From assembly GCA_965235115.1 (NCBI GenBank), contig OZ249436.1:4342001-4406000 (forward strand): a stretch of 64,000 nucleotides of DNA. The letters run 5' to 3'. The notes beneath the pieces are model-generated. The model did no database searches and was not told the origin of the DNA. It saw only the letters and a program-made list of their open reading frames with translations. Made by a program: the position numbers and the translations under genes. The stretch is from Laetmonice hystrix. Lineage: Eukaryota. The stretch's first letter is position 1. Each line of letters begins with the position of its first letter. Shown here one piece after another: positions 1-12,002 of the stretch.

Positions 1-351
1 TTCATAATGACTAATAACGATTCTGTCCATCGCCGAGACAACAAAGTTTTTAAGTCATTCCGACTAACCTGTTCGTCAGAATACGTCATTCTGCCTTAGA
101 ACTTGTCCGTCAGAATACGTCATTCTGACTAACTTGTTCGTTAGAATACGTCATTCTGACTAACTTGTCCGTTAGAATACGTCATTCTGACTAACTTGTT
201 CGTCAGAATACGTCATTCTGACTAACTTGTTCGTCAGAATACGTCATTCTGACTAACTTGTCCGTTAGAATACGTCATTCTGACTAACTTGTTCGTCAGA
301 TGGACATATGACAACCCGTTATTAGTTATGACGAAGCAAAGTTTTTCAGTG
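1..351. mobile_element. Right part of a MITE-like element with an internal palindromic 31-bp array, ending ...TTTTTCAGTG (CACTG-type terminus, CMC/EnSpm-like)
   Basis: 1-30 (ttcataatgactaataacg..tgtccatc) is an imperfect reverse complement of about 299-335; the left terminus is outside the window. Confidence 0.45.
54..300. repeat. Tandem array, 31-bp palindromic unit, about 8 copies
   Basis: Unit tcattctgactaacttgttcgtcagaatacg; arms attctgactaac and gttcgtcagaat. Confidence 0.93.
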
Positions 352-557
352 AAGTGATCAACTCTTGTTTTTAATGATTCAGTATCGACCCATACATATC
401 GGATATCAGACCCATTCCATCATCATTTACAGGTAAGGCTAATGTCCTGGTTTCCTTTGATACAAAAACAAGACATGATGAAGTCCCATGATATCCGTAT
501 AGGCTTTGAGTCAAGTTCGCATAGGTCATAATAACAGAATCCCGTCCAGAGATTGGA

Positions 558-920
558 AATAAAAGGTCAAAGAACTCACTAACTGTGTCCAGAACCTATA
601 CAACAGACACGTGGTCGTGTGATCAAACAATAAAAGGTCAAAGAACTCACTAACTGTGTACAGAACCTACACAACAGACACGTGGTCGTGTGATCGAACA
701 ATAAAAGGTCAAAGAACTCACTAACTGTGTACAGAACCTACACAACAGACACGTGGTCGTGTGATCAAACAATAAAAGGTCAAAGAACTCACTAACTGTG
801 TACAGAACCTACACAACAGACACGTGGTCGTGTGATCAAACAATAAAAGGTCAAAGAACTCACTAACTGTGTACAGAACCTACACAACAGACACGTGGTC
901 GTGTGATCAAACAATAAAAG
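558..920. repeat. Tandem array, 71-bp unit, about 5 copies
   Basis: aataaaaggtcaaagaactcactaactgtgtacagaacctacacaacagacacgtggtcgtgtgatcaaac. Confidence 0.95.
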
Positions 921-2708
921 TCGCTGCTAACACATGCAGGAAACATTCACTCGTGCCGAATAATGATCGACGCTTTCATCAATTAGCGGTGTGCCCAACA
1001 CGACCATCTTCCTTCAGTTGATGGAGCGTTCGTCAAAGACCGTCACGATGGGATTCCTTCCTGTTTGGGGTTCACCCCCCCCCCCCCCCCCACACTCCGC
1101 CCGTGGAACCAACATGCGGCGAGGGGCAACATGGTGGGGGGGGGGAGGTAATAGGGCCTAATTGGCCACCGCCACACGGCGACCCGCTGAATTCCAAAAG
1201 GTTGTAAAGACAAGACCTTACGGAATGATGCCTACTGTCGCTTTGATCCACAGCTTGGAGTCCGACCACCAGACCCGGGTTGTCCTAGTCGTTAATTGAC
1301 ACAGACAATACGACCCCCCGTGTCGAGAACGGGCGCCATGGTGGTTAACGAGTTTGTCGATAGGGGGCGCCACGGCGGGCGTCACGACAAGGACGTGTGA
1401 TCAGCTTCTGCGTGCACCCCTCGTGAATAAACCCTTGAAGAAACCTTCATTGTCCTGGCTAATTGGATAATTACACCTGTATCTTTATTGTAAAATATTG
1501 TTTGAATCACATCGCACCGCCTTTTTATGCCTGAAGACGTTCAGGTAAGGTCCATGTTGTTGCCACCAGTGGTATATACCCACACACTGGTCGACCAGAA
1601 TTTTCATTGTTTTCCCCACAACTTTCCGCCTCGGTCATAGAATATATAAACGCCTACCGCCGGCACCATACCAGTATACATAACAAACTACCAAACACTC
1701 TTAAACTTCCTGATTTCTGTCAGAGCCAGCAACATAAACCTGACTCTCAAATCACTTGTCTACATGTACGTGCGGGTAAATACCCGTATGTTTATAAAGC
1801 TCCACAAGACTCTTTTCACCACCCTGACATTTACAACCACTATACTTATTAGATTTTGAGAATCTTTGAGCTTCAAATTGGTACTAGCCAATACGGAAAT
1901 TATATTTGAAAGTTCCACCTTTTACAAAGTACTAGAACTATAGGGTATGGAAACATAAAATTTCGGACACAGTATAGGCCCCATACACAAGACATGTTAT
2001 ACCTGTGATATAAAATAACCCCATTTATATGTACAACAAATGTATGTGTACATGTAAATACATAACATGTATGTACATACCCCTTCATGTATACGCGCGC
2101 GCACACACCCACACACCCACACCCATATACTACAACATGCACGGAGGCAGATAGGGGTACGATTAGGAGAGGTCTACCAGGATATCCTGAATCAATGATT
2201 GAGACGCCTGCTGGCAGTAACCAATGGGATTCCCTTCAAGGACATTACTACCACTTCAATATTGAGATGCTCCATTGTCACAACATCGGTCCTCGTTCGG
2301 GTTGGTTGGGGGTAAGTATACCACTGCCAACAATGGCGAGAGGAAACACAATGGCCGCTCTGACTCCGACCAACCGTGGTTCCCTTCAATAGGTAACCTG
2401 ATATAGATCGTCTCTCTCCCTCTCTGCTGTCCTATACAAGTATAATAATAGACCAACAACTCAAGAACTCCTCTCACTGTCCGACCCCTACCTCAGACCT
2501 GCCAGAGAGTATCTCTGTACTGAGACCAAGCCTCAAGTGTTCCAGTACCCCACGACACCATGGACTCTATGGTTAATGGTTAATGACATCGAAACCCAAC
2601 GTTGCTGGATGCCATGGATCTATAGCCAGCTACATACTTTCAAACAGATATTTAATGTAAAAATTAATTTTTGGACGTTGTATACAACGTCAAATATGAT
2701 AAATCCTA

Positions 2709-3620
2709 TTGAAAAGGTATGTTTCAGCCACATTCAGACTTATGACGGTCATGTGCCATGTCAAAATATCCCATCTCTTTTCATTATTTGATATCAGTTT
2801 GACATCAAATATCCGTAAGCCTACAGTCATATCTTCCTTTGTAGAAGTGTATCTAGAGCCAGGAGTATATGTTAATACAGATTCCTGGACGGCCATTATG
2901 ATTGATCTTAAACCTTTATACAACATGTCTATATTATCAATATCTCATAATGCATGTGCTGCTCTCTTGTTAAAAGGTCGTGTGGTCTAATATATTAAAG
3001 CAATCGGAGAGTAACTCCAAAATGCAGACATGGGCTGTTAGGTTAGACAAGGCCTTAAACTACATACATCAATAAATATACCCACTGAAATGAGGAAATC
3101 TAATGAAATTTAGCCTTTCAGTTGCCTGTGGTCGCCATGAAGCGAACGGCTCATGGCTGGTTGTTGACCTGGCATTGGCATGAACAGCCAATGAAATCCA
3201 TTGGTTCATCGCCCGATGAATTTCATTGGCTGTTCAAGTCAATGCCAGGTCAACGATTTTGTCAACAACCAGCTATAAGACGATCGCTTCATAGCGACAA
3301 CAGGCGACTTGGATGAATTTCATAAGATTTCTGTGGATAAACATTGATTGATTTATGTAATCTAAGGCCTTATCTACCCTAACAGCCCATGTCTGTATTT
3401 TAGAGTCATTGAAATGAGATATATATACTCTCTGATTGCTTTAAGGGTACCTGGTAATATGACCGTCCAGTCCGGTTACGCCTAACCCCAGGATAGCCTA
3501 TACATTGTACTGATCTCCCTGTCCAGTTCCTGTATGGACCACCTGTTATGTTACCGTATTTGGCGGATTCCAAGTCAATTCTTTTGTCCATCTATAATGC
3601 GCTCAGTCGCGGTTGCTAAA
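2709..3620 (+). pseudogene. Decayed ORF interrupted by a MITE; resembles the IS1595/ISXO2 (Merlin-type) DDE transposase core
   Basis: After removing 2999-3444 the frame reads RKPTVISSFVEVYLEPGVYVNTDSWTA...LSISHNACAALLLKGRVV*YIKGTW. The in-register antisense frame is also largely open, so the strand is uncertain. Confidence 0.25.
2999..3440. mobile_element. Palindromic (fold-back) MITE, Kolobok-like
   Basis: TTAA at 2995-2998 and 3441-3444; termini AGCAATCGGAGAGTA...TACTCTCTGATTGCT; the two halves are imperfect reverse complements over about 200 bp. Confidence 0.85.
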
Positions 3621-3867
3621 CAGAATGCATCAAACAAAAGCTTGAACTCTTTTACATATACGCTGTGAAAACTTCTCTTTCAACCGCTTCCTCCTGTCCC
3701 ATTATCTCCTTGATTATGCTTCTATACCGACCGCAGAATTCTAATTCACGCTAATAAGGCAACACCTTTGGTTGGCTGTGGACTGGCGACCATTTGGTAC
3801 CTAATGGGGCAGCAAACACCGGCTGGGGACACAGGACACGGGGCAGTGGCCCGGAGCAACCGCGGTC

Positions 3868-3958
3868 CGGCCGGCCACCGGCACCCGACCCGGCCGGCCA
3901 CCGGCACCCGACCCGGCCGGCCACCGGCACCCGACCCGGCCGGCCACCGGCACCCGCA
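3868..3958. repeat. GC-rich 23-bp tandem, about 4 copies
   Basis: ccggccggccaccggcacccgac. Confidence 0.9.
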
Positions 3959-4478
3959 ACCCGCGCCCGAGGCCCACTGGCAACGTGGGCTGATCTTTGT
4001 TTTACGTACTCCCGGCCTGGGCGAATCTGGTCCTCGCGGAGGGGGTCAGGGGGCCCGGAGGTGCGAGTGGTCAAGTAGTGGGGTTATTCCTCCGTTTAAT
4101 ACGTACTCCCGGCCCGGGCGAATACCGTTGTAAAATTCCAATTGGGCATGCGGATATATCGGCCTAACCAAGTTCGCCCGGCCGGCCAATTTCGGTACGG
4201 CTGACCATATAGGCACTGAACCAAAAGTAGAATGATGCATATTCTAGGATATAATGGTGCATATTCAAGGATGTCACCACAGGTTAAAAAACACCCTTCT
4301 GATTAGTTGGATTAATGTAGATATAAATAACGTATCAAATGGCACTTTTATAGTCGAATATCTAGAATAAAGTTGTTTTTTGACTATCCGACCGCTAATA
4401 CCGTGTGTGGGACCAGTGTATATGGCCTTGTAAGTGAGAGAAATAGCCTGGACAGAGATGTATACAATTTTGGGGGAG

Positions 4479-6336
4479 GGGACCGCGGTAGAGGTAAGGA
4501 TCAGGTTTGGGTATAGGAGTATAGTGATACACTTTAGTTCTTACTCCGGGACTGCGGTAGAGGTTAGGATCAGGTTTGGGCTATAGGAGATAGTGATATA
4601 CTTTAGTTCTTACCCCGGGACTGCGGTAGAGGTAAGGATCAGGTTTGAGCTATAGGAGTATAGTGATACACTTTAGTTCTTACTCCGGGACTGCGGTAGA
4701 GGTTAGGATCAGGTTTGGGCTCTCGAGTGATATACTTTAGTTCTTACCCCGGGACTGCGGTAGAAGTAAGGATCAGGTTTGGGCTATAGAGTGATACACT
4801 TTAGTTCTTACCCCGGGACTGCGGTAGAAGTAAGGATCAGGTTTGGGCTATAGAGTGATACACTTTAGTTCTTACCCCGGGACTGCGGTAGAAGTAAGGA
4901 TCAGGTTTGGGCTATAGAGTGATATACTTTAGTTCTTACCCCGGGACTGCGGTAGAGGTTAGGATCAGGTTTGGGCTATAGAGTGATACACTTTAGTTCT
5001 TACTCCGGGACTGCGGTAGAAGTAAGGATCAGGTTTGGGCTATAGGAGTATAGTGATACACTTTAGTTCTTACCCCGGGACTGCGGTAGAGGTTAGGATC
5101 AGGTTTGGGCTATAGGAGTATAGTGATACACTTTAGTTCTTACTCCGGGACTGCGGTAGAGGTTAGGATCAGGTTTGGGCTATAGGAGTAGAGTGATACA
5201 CTTTAGTTCTTACCCCGGGACTGCGGTAGAGGTTAGGATCAGGTTTGGGCTATAGGAGTAGAGTGATACACTTTAGTTCTTACCCCGGGACTGCGGTAGA
5301 GGTTAGGATCAGGTTTGGGCTATAGGAGTAGAGTGATACACTTTAGTTCTTACCCCGGGACTGCGGTAGAGGTTAGGATCAGGTTTGGGCTATAGAGTGA
5401 TACACTTTAGTTCTTACCCCGGGACTGCGGTAGAGGTTAGGATCAGGTTTGGGCTATAGGAGTATAGTGATACACTTTAGTTCTTACCCCGGGACTGCGG
5501 TAGAGGTTAGGATCAGGTTTTGGCTATAGAGTGATATACTTTAGTTCTTACCCCGGGACTGCGGTAGAGGTTAGGATCAGGTTTGGGCTATAGGAGTATA
5601 GTGATACACTTTAGTTCTTACCCCGGGACTGCGGTAGAGGTTAGGATCAGGTTTTGGCTATAAAGTGATACACTTTAGTTCTTACCCCGGGACTGCGGTA
5701 GAGGTTAGGATCAGGTTTGGGCTATAGGAGTACAGTGATATACTTTAGTTCTTACCCCGGGACTGCGGTAGAGGTTAGGATCAGGTTTGGGCTATAAAGT
5801 GATACACTTTAGTTCTTACCCCGGGACTGCGGTAGAGGTTAGGATCAGGTTTGGGCTATAGGAGTATAGTGATACACTTGAGTTCTTACCCCGGGACTGC
5901 GGTAGAGGTTAGGATCAGGTTTGGGCTATAGAGTGATACACTTTAGTTCTTACCCCGGGACTGCGGTAGAGGTTAGGATCAGGTTTGGGCTATAGGAGTG
6001 ATACACTTTAGTTCTTACCCCGGGACTGCGGTAGAGGTTAGGATCAGGTTTGGGCTATAGAGTGATACACTTTAGTTCTTACCCCGGGACTGCGGTAGAG
6101 GTTAGGATCAGGTTTGGGCTATAGGAATATAGTGATACACTTTAGTTCTTACCCCGGGACTGCGGTAGAGGTTAGGATCAGGTTTGGGCTATAGGAGTAC
6201 AGTGATATACTTTAGTTCTTACCCCGGGACTGCGGTAGAGGTTAGGATCAGGTTTGGGCTATAGAGTGATACACTTTAGTCCTTACCCCGGGACTGCGGT
6301 AGAGGTTAGGATCAGGTTTGGGCTCTGTGATACACT
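4479..6336. repeat. Tandem array, 70/63-bp units with degenerate TTAGGG-like hexamers, about 28 copies
   Basis: gggactgcggtagaggttaggatcaggtttgggctata(ggagtat)agtgatacactttagttcttaccc. Confidence 0.95.
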
Positions 6337-6481
6337 CTTACATCGGGAGTATAGTGATCGGCCGACATTCTTAGTTCGTATACTCCGAAACTTCCCGGAG
6401 ATACTACCTTGGAGACTCTAGCCGCCGGGGGCCAGGAAGGAGGAAACATTATTGTATATTACCCCCCCCCCCCCCTCCAGC

Positions 6482-6637
6482 CTAATCTCTGTATAAGTGG
6501 CTCAGTGAACGCCCCAGCTGACCAGAGTATACCCCGGAATATAAATTACACGCTTTGAACCTGATTACCCCCGGAATGTAGCGGGACCTTTTACCTCTAC
6601 GTCCGGTCCGACGTCTACGGCGGAAACGTTTGGCCAT
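6482..6637 (-). CDS. Small Arg-rich ORF (51 aa, MAKRFRRRRRTGRRGKRSRYIPGVIRFK...), unknown, possibly a relic
   Basis: Manual translation; below the ORF-track length cutoff; strongly basic N-terminus. Confidence 0.3.
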   Translation of the reverse strand: MAKRFRRRRRTGRRGKRSRYIPGVIRFKACNLYSGVYSGQLGRSLSHLYRD

Positions 6638-7099
6638 GTCCCGCCTTCTTCTTCATGGTGAACAATGTGAAAAAAATAAAGTGATTGTCAACTCACCAGG
6701 TGCACCGGGTGGATTAAAACCTGCTGAGTGAGGACTAAATTTACTGTTCATTTGAAATCTTTGCAGGCCTACACATTTTTATCCACTTAAGTAAGAATTC
6801 TAGAAGTTGAAAGGATGATACCGCCATATAGTTTTCTTGAGGCGGGAGGCTCACAACCGAAAGAACATTTCTTACGATGCAATATCGGGACTTTGCTTGA
6901 ACCAAGAGGGGTTTACCTAACTTGCTTGAGTCAAGACGTGTTTTCCTAACTTGCTTGGGCCAAGAGATGTTTCCCTAACTTGCTTGAGCAAAGAGGTCGT
7001 TTCCTATATCTTGTAGACCAAGGACGGGATCTCCCCAACTCAAGCCAGATGCTAGAAAGTGGAAGAGAAAAGTGACTTTTTGCAGTGTTTTATGAAAAT

Positions 7100-7507
7100 T
7101 TATAGGAAAGCACTCACTTACAGCCACTTCAAATATTGCAATGGTTATCGCGGAGAAAGAGAACAAGCTTTGTGGATATCGAGAGAGATGTGATTCAAAT
7201 TATGTGGGATGGAAAAAAAATAAGAAAAAAAAATCCTAGGCTTAAACAAGTTTGCCAGATATTGGGGCCTGTCACATCAAAATTATATATTTAAGGGAAT
7301 TATCCAGATTACAGAGATGAGATTTCAAAGATACGTTTCATGAAATGGCCCAGTGTGGTTTACGTTTCTGATCACCTCAAAGAATTAAGGCTCCCTCTAG
7401 CGGTAAATACCAGAAGCTTTAGCAAAGCATACCCCTGGTGGCAGAGTGGGGAACCTCAATCCATATTACAATTAATGCTTATGAACCTGCAGGAAGTTCA
7501 CTTGTAG
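7100..7507 (+). pseudogene. Decayed unknown ORF (...QWLSRRKRTSFVDIERDVIQIMWDGKKIRKKNPRLKQVCQ...KAYPWWQSGEPQSILQLMLMNLQEVHL*)
   Basis: About 135 codons with one internal TAA; non-repetitive and protein-like; no homology recognised. Confidence 0.35.
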
Positions 7508-8556
7508 GCCTACATATTATTGCCTGAGTAAGACAAAGTAAACTGACTCTTTACATCTGATCTTCCAATGCTACAAGCAATGTTATGTTATGGTCATTTT
7601 GAAAAATCCCGTTCTTCATGTGTTCGCGTATCAGCGTTACAAATACTCTGGTGGTGCCCCCTGTCGGGATTTAGGTCCACCATTCAACACGTCTGTGAGT
7701 CTAGTTCACGCATTGATCGATAGGTGGCGTATTTATGGTCATTTATGCGCGAGATGGCTTAATTCGGCCCGTAAGAACATCGGAAAGCATAATCCACTTG
7801 TATAGGGTCTTAAGAACTCTTCCGATCGAAGAGGAAAAGGACAAAAAAAGAAAACATAAATGTTGGGTCCTCGCTATGGTCATCTCGAATCGCTTCCTTT
7901 TTTTATTTGTTGTTTTTTTCCCTGATGAAGTCGCCTTTCGGCTTGTGGCTCTCGCCATCTTGAAACTTCAAGGCCGTTGCACGGAAATACGCGATTTGAT
8001 TGGTCAGTTATCATCTGATGGTGCTGCCCCCTAGGTTTTTGGGTTCGCTTTAGACCTTCCGCGCTCTTCCGAATGCTTACGAACTCTTATGCATCTTCCG
8101 ATATCTTACGCGAGGCCACGCGCACAATGCACTCTTCCGATAATATCTAACATTTTTGATCTGCTCGTAAGGAGGTCCCGAGAGCGCTCTGGCGTCTGAA
8201 GCCCTCGGAACGCTCGTGAACTCTCGTAATACGTGATTCACTTAAAGTGCTTGCGTGTAATCCCGTAAGACCGCGCAAGGGGTGAATCGGAAGCATCGCA
8301 ACGCAAATGTATCACGTCCATGGCCCACGCTCACGCTCGCGCCCATTGCCCATTTGCTGAAATGAATCTACGGACGGCCGAAGATTGCCGAAAGGACTCG
8401 AACGTACGCCCATGCCTAATTAAGCCTAGCCAGATTTTCAAGCCCGTAGCCTGGGGGTCCGCCCCCCCCCCCGCCTCAAACAAAATATCTGGCCTATATT
8501 AGTTCCTCTAGTCCACTCCTATAATTTTCATCCAGTTTGGCCTGTTTTCTAATTCA

Positions 8557-8598
8557 AGAAGAAGAAGAAGAAGAAGAAGAAGAAGAAGAAGAAGAAGA
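8557..8598. repeat. (GAA)n microsatellite
   Basis: About 14 units read directly. Confidence 0.95.
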
Positions 8599-9526
8599 TC
8601 AGCACGTTCAGGCTGACATGTGTGTTGTTTAAAGTTGCATAGCAACGGGAGTCTCCCCATCCAGAAATCATAATTCCCACCAGGGGTCCGCCCAAGGACG
8701 CTAGAGTCGCCCTCTGCCGGTGAAACTGTCTGACAGCGCCAGGGAGGGTCCGACGGCCGGCTGAACGGTTACCGGTATTAGTGGTGTGAGTTAGCAGGCA
8801 GGGAGCATTATCCTTGTATCATTGAGTTAGAGACTTACCTCTGGAGAACGTCAGAAACATTGCCCTGGGAAGGATACCATGGATACTTGATGACTGATAT
8901 AGGAGGCTGGATATCAGACCTCAGGGTAAGTTTATTGTTTGATATTTGTGAAGTATTGAGATACAGCATGCGGCTGCGCGTGCAGCGGGTGAATCATCAT
9001 CCATGCACGGCCAGCCGGCGTTCTGTACGACCGACCCGCCTTCCCAGGATGTGGCGGCGGGCGTCTGCTGCAGCAGCTGCTGAGGTCTGAAACCGTACGT
9101 GTTGGCCTCGGCCGGCAATTTATACCGCAACGCTGATATTTATAAACAAGTCTGGCCAAGTTATAGATAAGCGTAGAGAAAGGTGTTACAGAAGTAGGGA
9201 TGTTTCATGGACTGACACACACAGGTCCAGATTTCAGCGAGTTCCGGGGGCCGTCTGGCCCAGTGAGAGGATGCTTCAAGTGATAATCTACGCCCCGCGT
9301 TTTGTTGGTTGTCGTCTGCTCGAACCCCAAACAAAGCGAACCAAGCGTCCACGACGGTCCCCGAGAGTCTGTCATCGGGTCCGGTAGACGCTGGCGGTCC
9401 CCGAGAGTCTGTCATCGGGTCCGGTAGACGCTGGCTACATGGGTCTGGTGGGCGCGAGGCCAGACTGTGGCGGGGGCAGAGAGAGAGTGACCGAGAGCCA
9501 TATCGCACGTGAACCGTCACGGTAGG

Positions 9527-10296
9527 CGGCCAGACCCTACCGGCCAGACCCTAGACCGGCCGGACCCTACCGGCCAGACCCTACCGACCGGACCCGAGAC
9601 CGGTCAGACCCTACCGGCCAGACCCTAGACCGGCCGGACCCTAGACCGGCCGGACCCGAGACCGGTCAGACCCTAGACCGGCCGGACCCGAGACCGGTCA
9701 GACCCTACCGGCCAGACCCTAGACCGGCCGGACCCTAGACCGGCCGGACCAGAGACCGGTCAGACCCTAGACCGGCCGGACCCGAGACCGGTCAGACCCT
9801 AGACCGGCCGGACCCGAGACCGGTCAGACCCTACCGGCCAGACCCTAGACCGGCCACACCCTAGACCGGCCGGACCCGAGACCTGTCAGACCCTAGACCG
9901 TCCAGACCCTAGACCGGCCGGACCCGAGACCGGTCAGACCCTACCGGCCGGACCCGAGACCGGCCGGACCCGAGACCGGTCAGAACCTACCGGTCAGACC
10001 CTAGACTGGCCAGACCCGAGAACGGCCGGACCCGAGACCGGTCAGACCCTACCGGCCAGACCCGAGACCGGCCGGACCCGAGACCGGTCAGACCCTACCG
10101 GTCAGACCCTAGACCGGCCAGACCCTACCGGCCGGACCCGAGAGCGGTCAGACCCTAGACCGGCCGGACCCGAGACCGGTCAGACCCTAGACCGGTCAGA
10201 CCCTAGACTGGCCAGACCCTACCGGCCAGACCCTACCGGCCAGACCCAAGACCGGCCAGACCCTAGACCGGCCAGACCCTAGACCCTACTGACCCT
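9527..10296. repeat. GC-rich array of 14/16-bp variants
   Basis: ccggccagacccta(ga), ccggccggacccgaga and ccggtcagacccta variants. Confidence 0.93.
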
Positions 10297-10519
10297 GATG
10301 TAGACTACGTCAGCTGGTTAAGGAGAGGGGCGAAACACGCAATAACCTACCATATGCAGGGCCGTGCGGTACCTAATTGCTAGAACTAATTATATCTACA
10401 CATGTAGTTAAACATTTAGTGACTTCCCTGAACCTTAAGCAATTTCCAGAGCTCTCTCACGGTAGATCAGGAAACATAGTGTCTTTGTGTTTCTACACAT
10501 CCTAACGTGGAATCCTGGG

Positions 10520-10751
10520 ATTTTTACGGATATGGATGATTGAGTCACTGTAATTTTACGGATATGGATGATTGAGTCACTGTAATTTTACGAATATGGA
10601 TGATTGAGTCACTATAATTTTACGGATATGGATGATTGAGTCACTGTAATTTTACGGATATGGAGAAGCTACTGCCGTTTTACGGATATGGATGATTGAG
10701 TCACTAATTTTACGGATGTAGAGGAGCTACTGCCATTTTACAGATATGGAA
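10520..10751. repeat. Tandem array, about 32-bp unit with an AP-1 site, about 7 units degenerating at the 3' end
   Basis: ttttacggatatggatgatTGAGTCActgtaa. Confidence 0.9.
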
Positions 10752-11080
10752 GAGTTCTGTCATTATGAATGCAGGCGACACTTTTTTCTACTACTTACAG
10801 CTTTCTTCTGTATAGAGAGAGCAAGAGCGAGAGCGGCGAGCACATCTACACATAGGCCTACACATAGATAATTCCACAGCCCTATATTTAAAAACAAAAC
10901 AAAATCGACTAGATCGGAGCAGAATATGTATATACATCTGCATGTCTGATGTGTTTTTTCTATGCATGCAATTAATTAAATGCACTATTCGGAATTTTAA
11001 ATATGTAGAATCAGATATCACAAATCATAGAGAATGTCAGGTGTAGATGGGGGTTAAGTCTATCCATTTAGGCAGTAATT

Positions 11081-11299
11081 GGGACAGAGACCGGGAGAGT
11101 GGTGATGCAGTGAGTGCACGTGTGCAGTGAACGCGGGGACAGAGACCGGGAGAGTGGTGATGCAGTGAGTGCACGTGTGCAGTGAACGCGGGGACAGAGA
11201 CCGGGAGAGTGGTGATGCAGTGAGTGCACGTGTGCAGTGAACGCGGGGACAGAGACCGGGAGAGTGGTGATGCAGTGAGTGCACGTGTGCAGTGAACGC
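11081..11299. repeat. Tandem array, 55-bp unit, 4 copies
   Basis: gggacagagaccgggagagtggtgatgcagtgagtgcacgtgtgcagtgaacgcg. Confidence 0.95.
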
Positions 11300-11592
11300 A
11301 TGCGGCACGCAGTGTTCATTACGTTATTGTTCACAAGTAATTATAATCCGTCATTCGACTGACATGCCAGTACTGATTGTATTACTTATAAATGATGTTA
11401 ATGAGTGCTGGTATTATCCAGGACAGCTGATGGTATAGATGTATTTCACAAGTGCCGTATTACGTGTGATCTACACGCGCTCCGTCTACACAAAGCATAC
11501 ATCTATTATATGTACATGTCTGTGCACATCTGTAGGCCCATAACTACAACTAAAAGTTGATGTTTCCTCCTCCGTAGTAACCCGACCATAGC

Positions 11593-11948
11593 TTTAATTA
11601 AGCCACCCAAAGGTATACTGATCTTGACATTTTTAATTAAGCAACACTAAAGTATACTGATCATGACATTTTTAATTAAGCAGCACTAAGGTATACTGAT
11701 CTTGACATTTTTAATTAAGCCACACTAAGGTATACTGATCTTGACATTTTTAATTAAGCAACACTAAAGTATACTGATCATGACATTTTTAATTAAGCAA
11801 CACTAAGGTATACTGATCTTGACATTTTTAATTAAGCAACACTAAGGTATACTGATCTTGACATTTTTAATTAAGCCACACTAAGGTATACTGATCATGA
11901 TGTTTTTAATTAAGCAGCACTAAGGTATACTGATCTTGACATTTTTAA
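11593..11948. repeat. Tandem array, about 39-bp AT-rich unit, about 9 copies
   Basis: tttttaattaagcaacactaaggtatactgatcttgaca. Confidence 0.95.
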
Positions 11949-12002
11949 CAAGTTCATTGTGACGTCCACTGGTGATCCTAGGAAACTCGAACGCCGACAC
12001 CC

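Noticed and set aside
7757..8426. Possible DNA transposon bounded by ggcttaatt(c/a)ggc inverted ends
   Set aside because: Only about 13 bp of inverted match and no TSD; probably TE-derived but boundaries unsupported.
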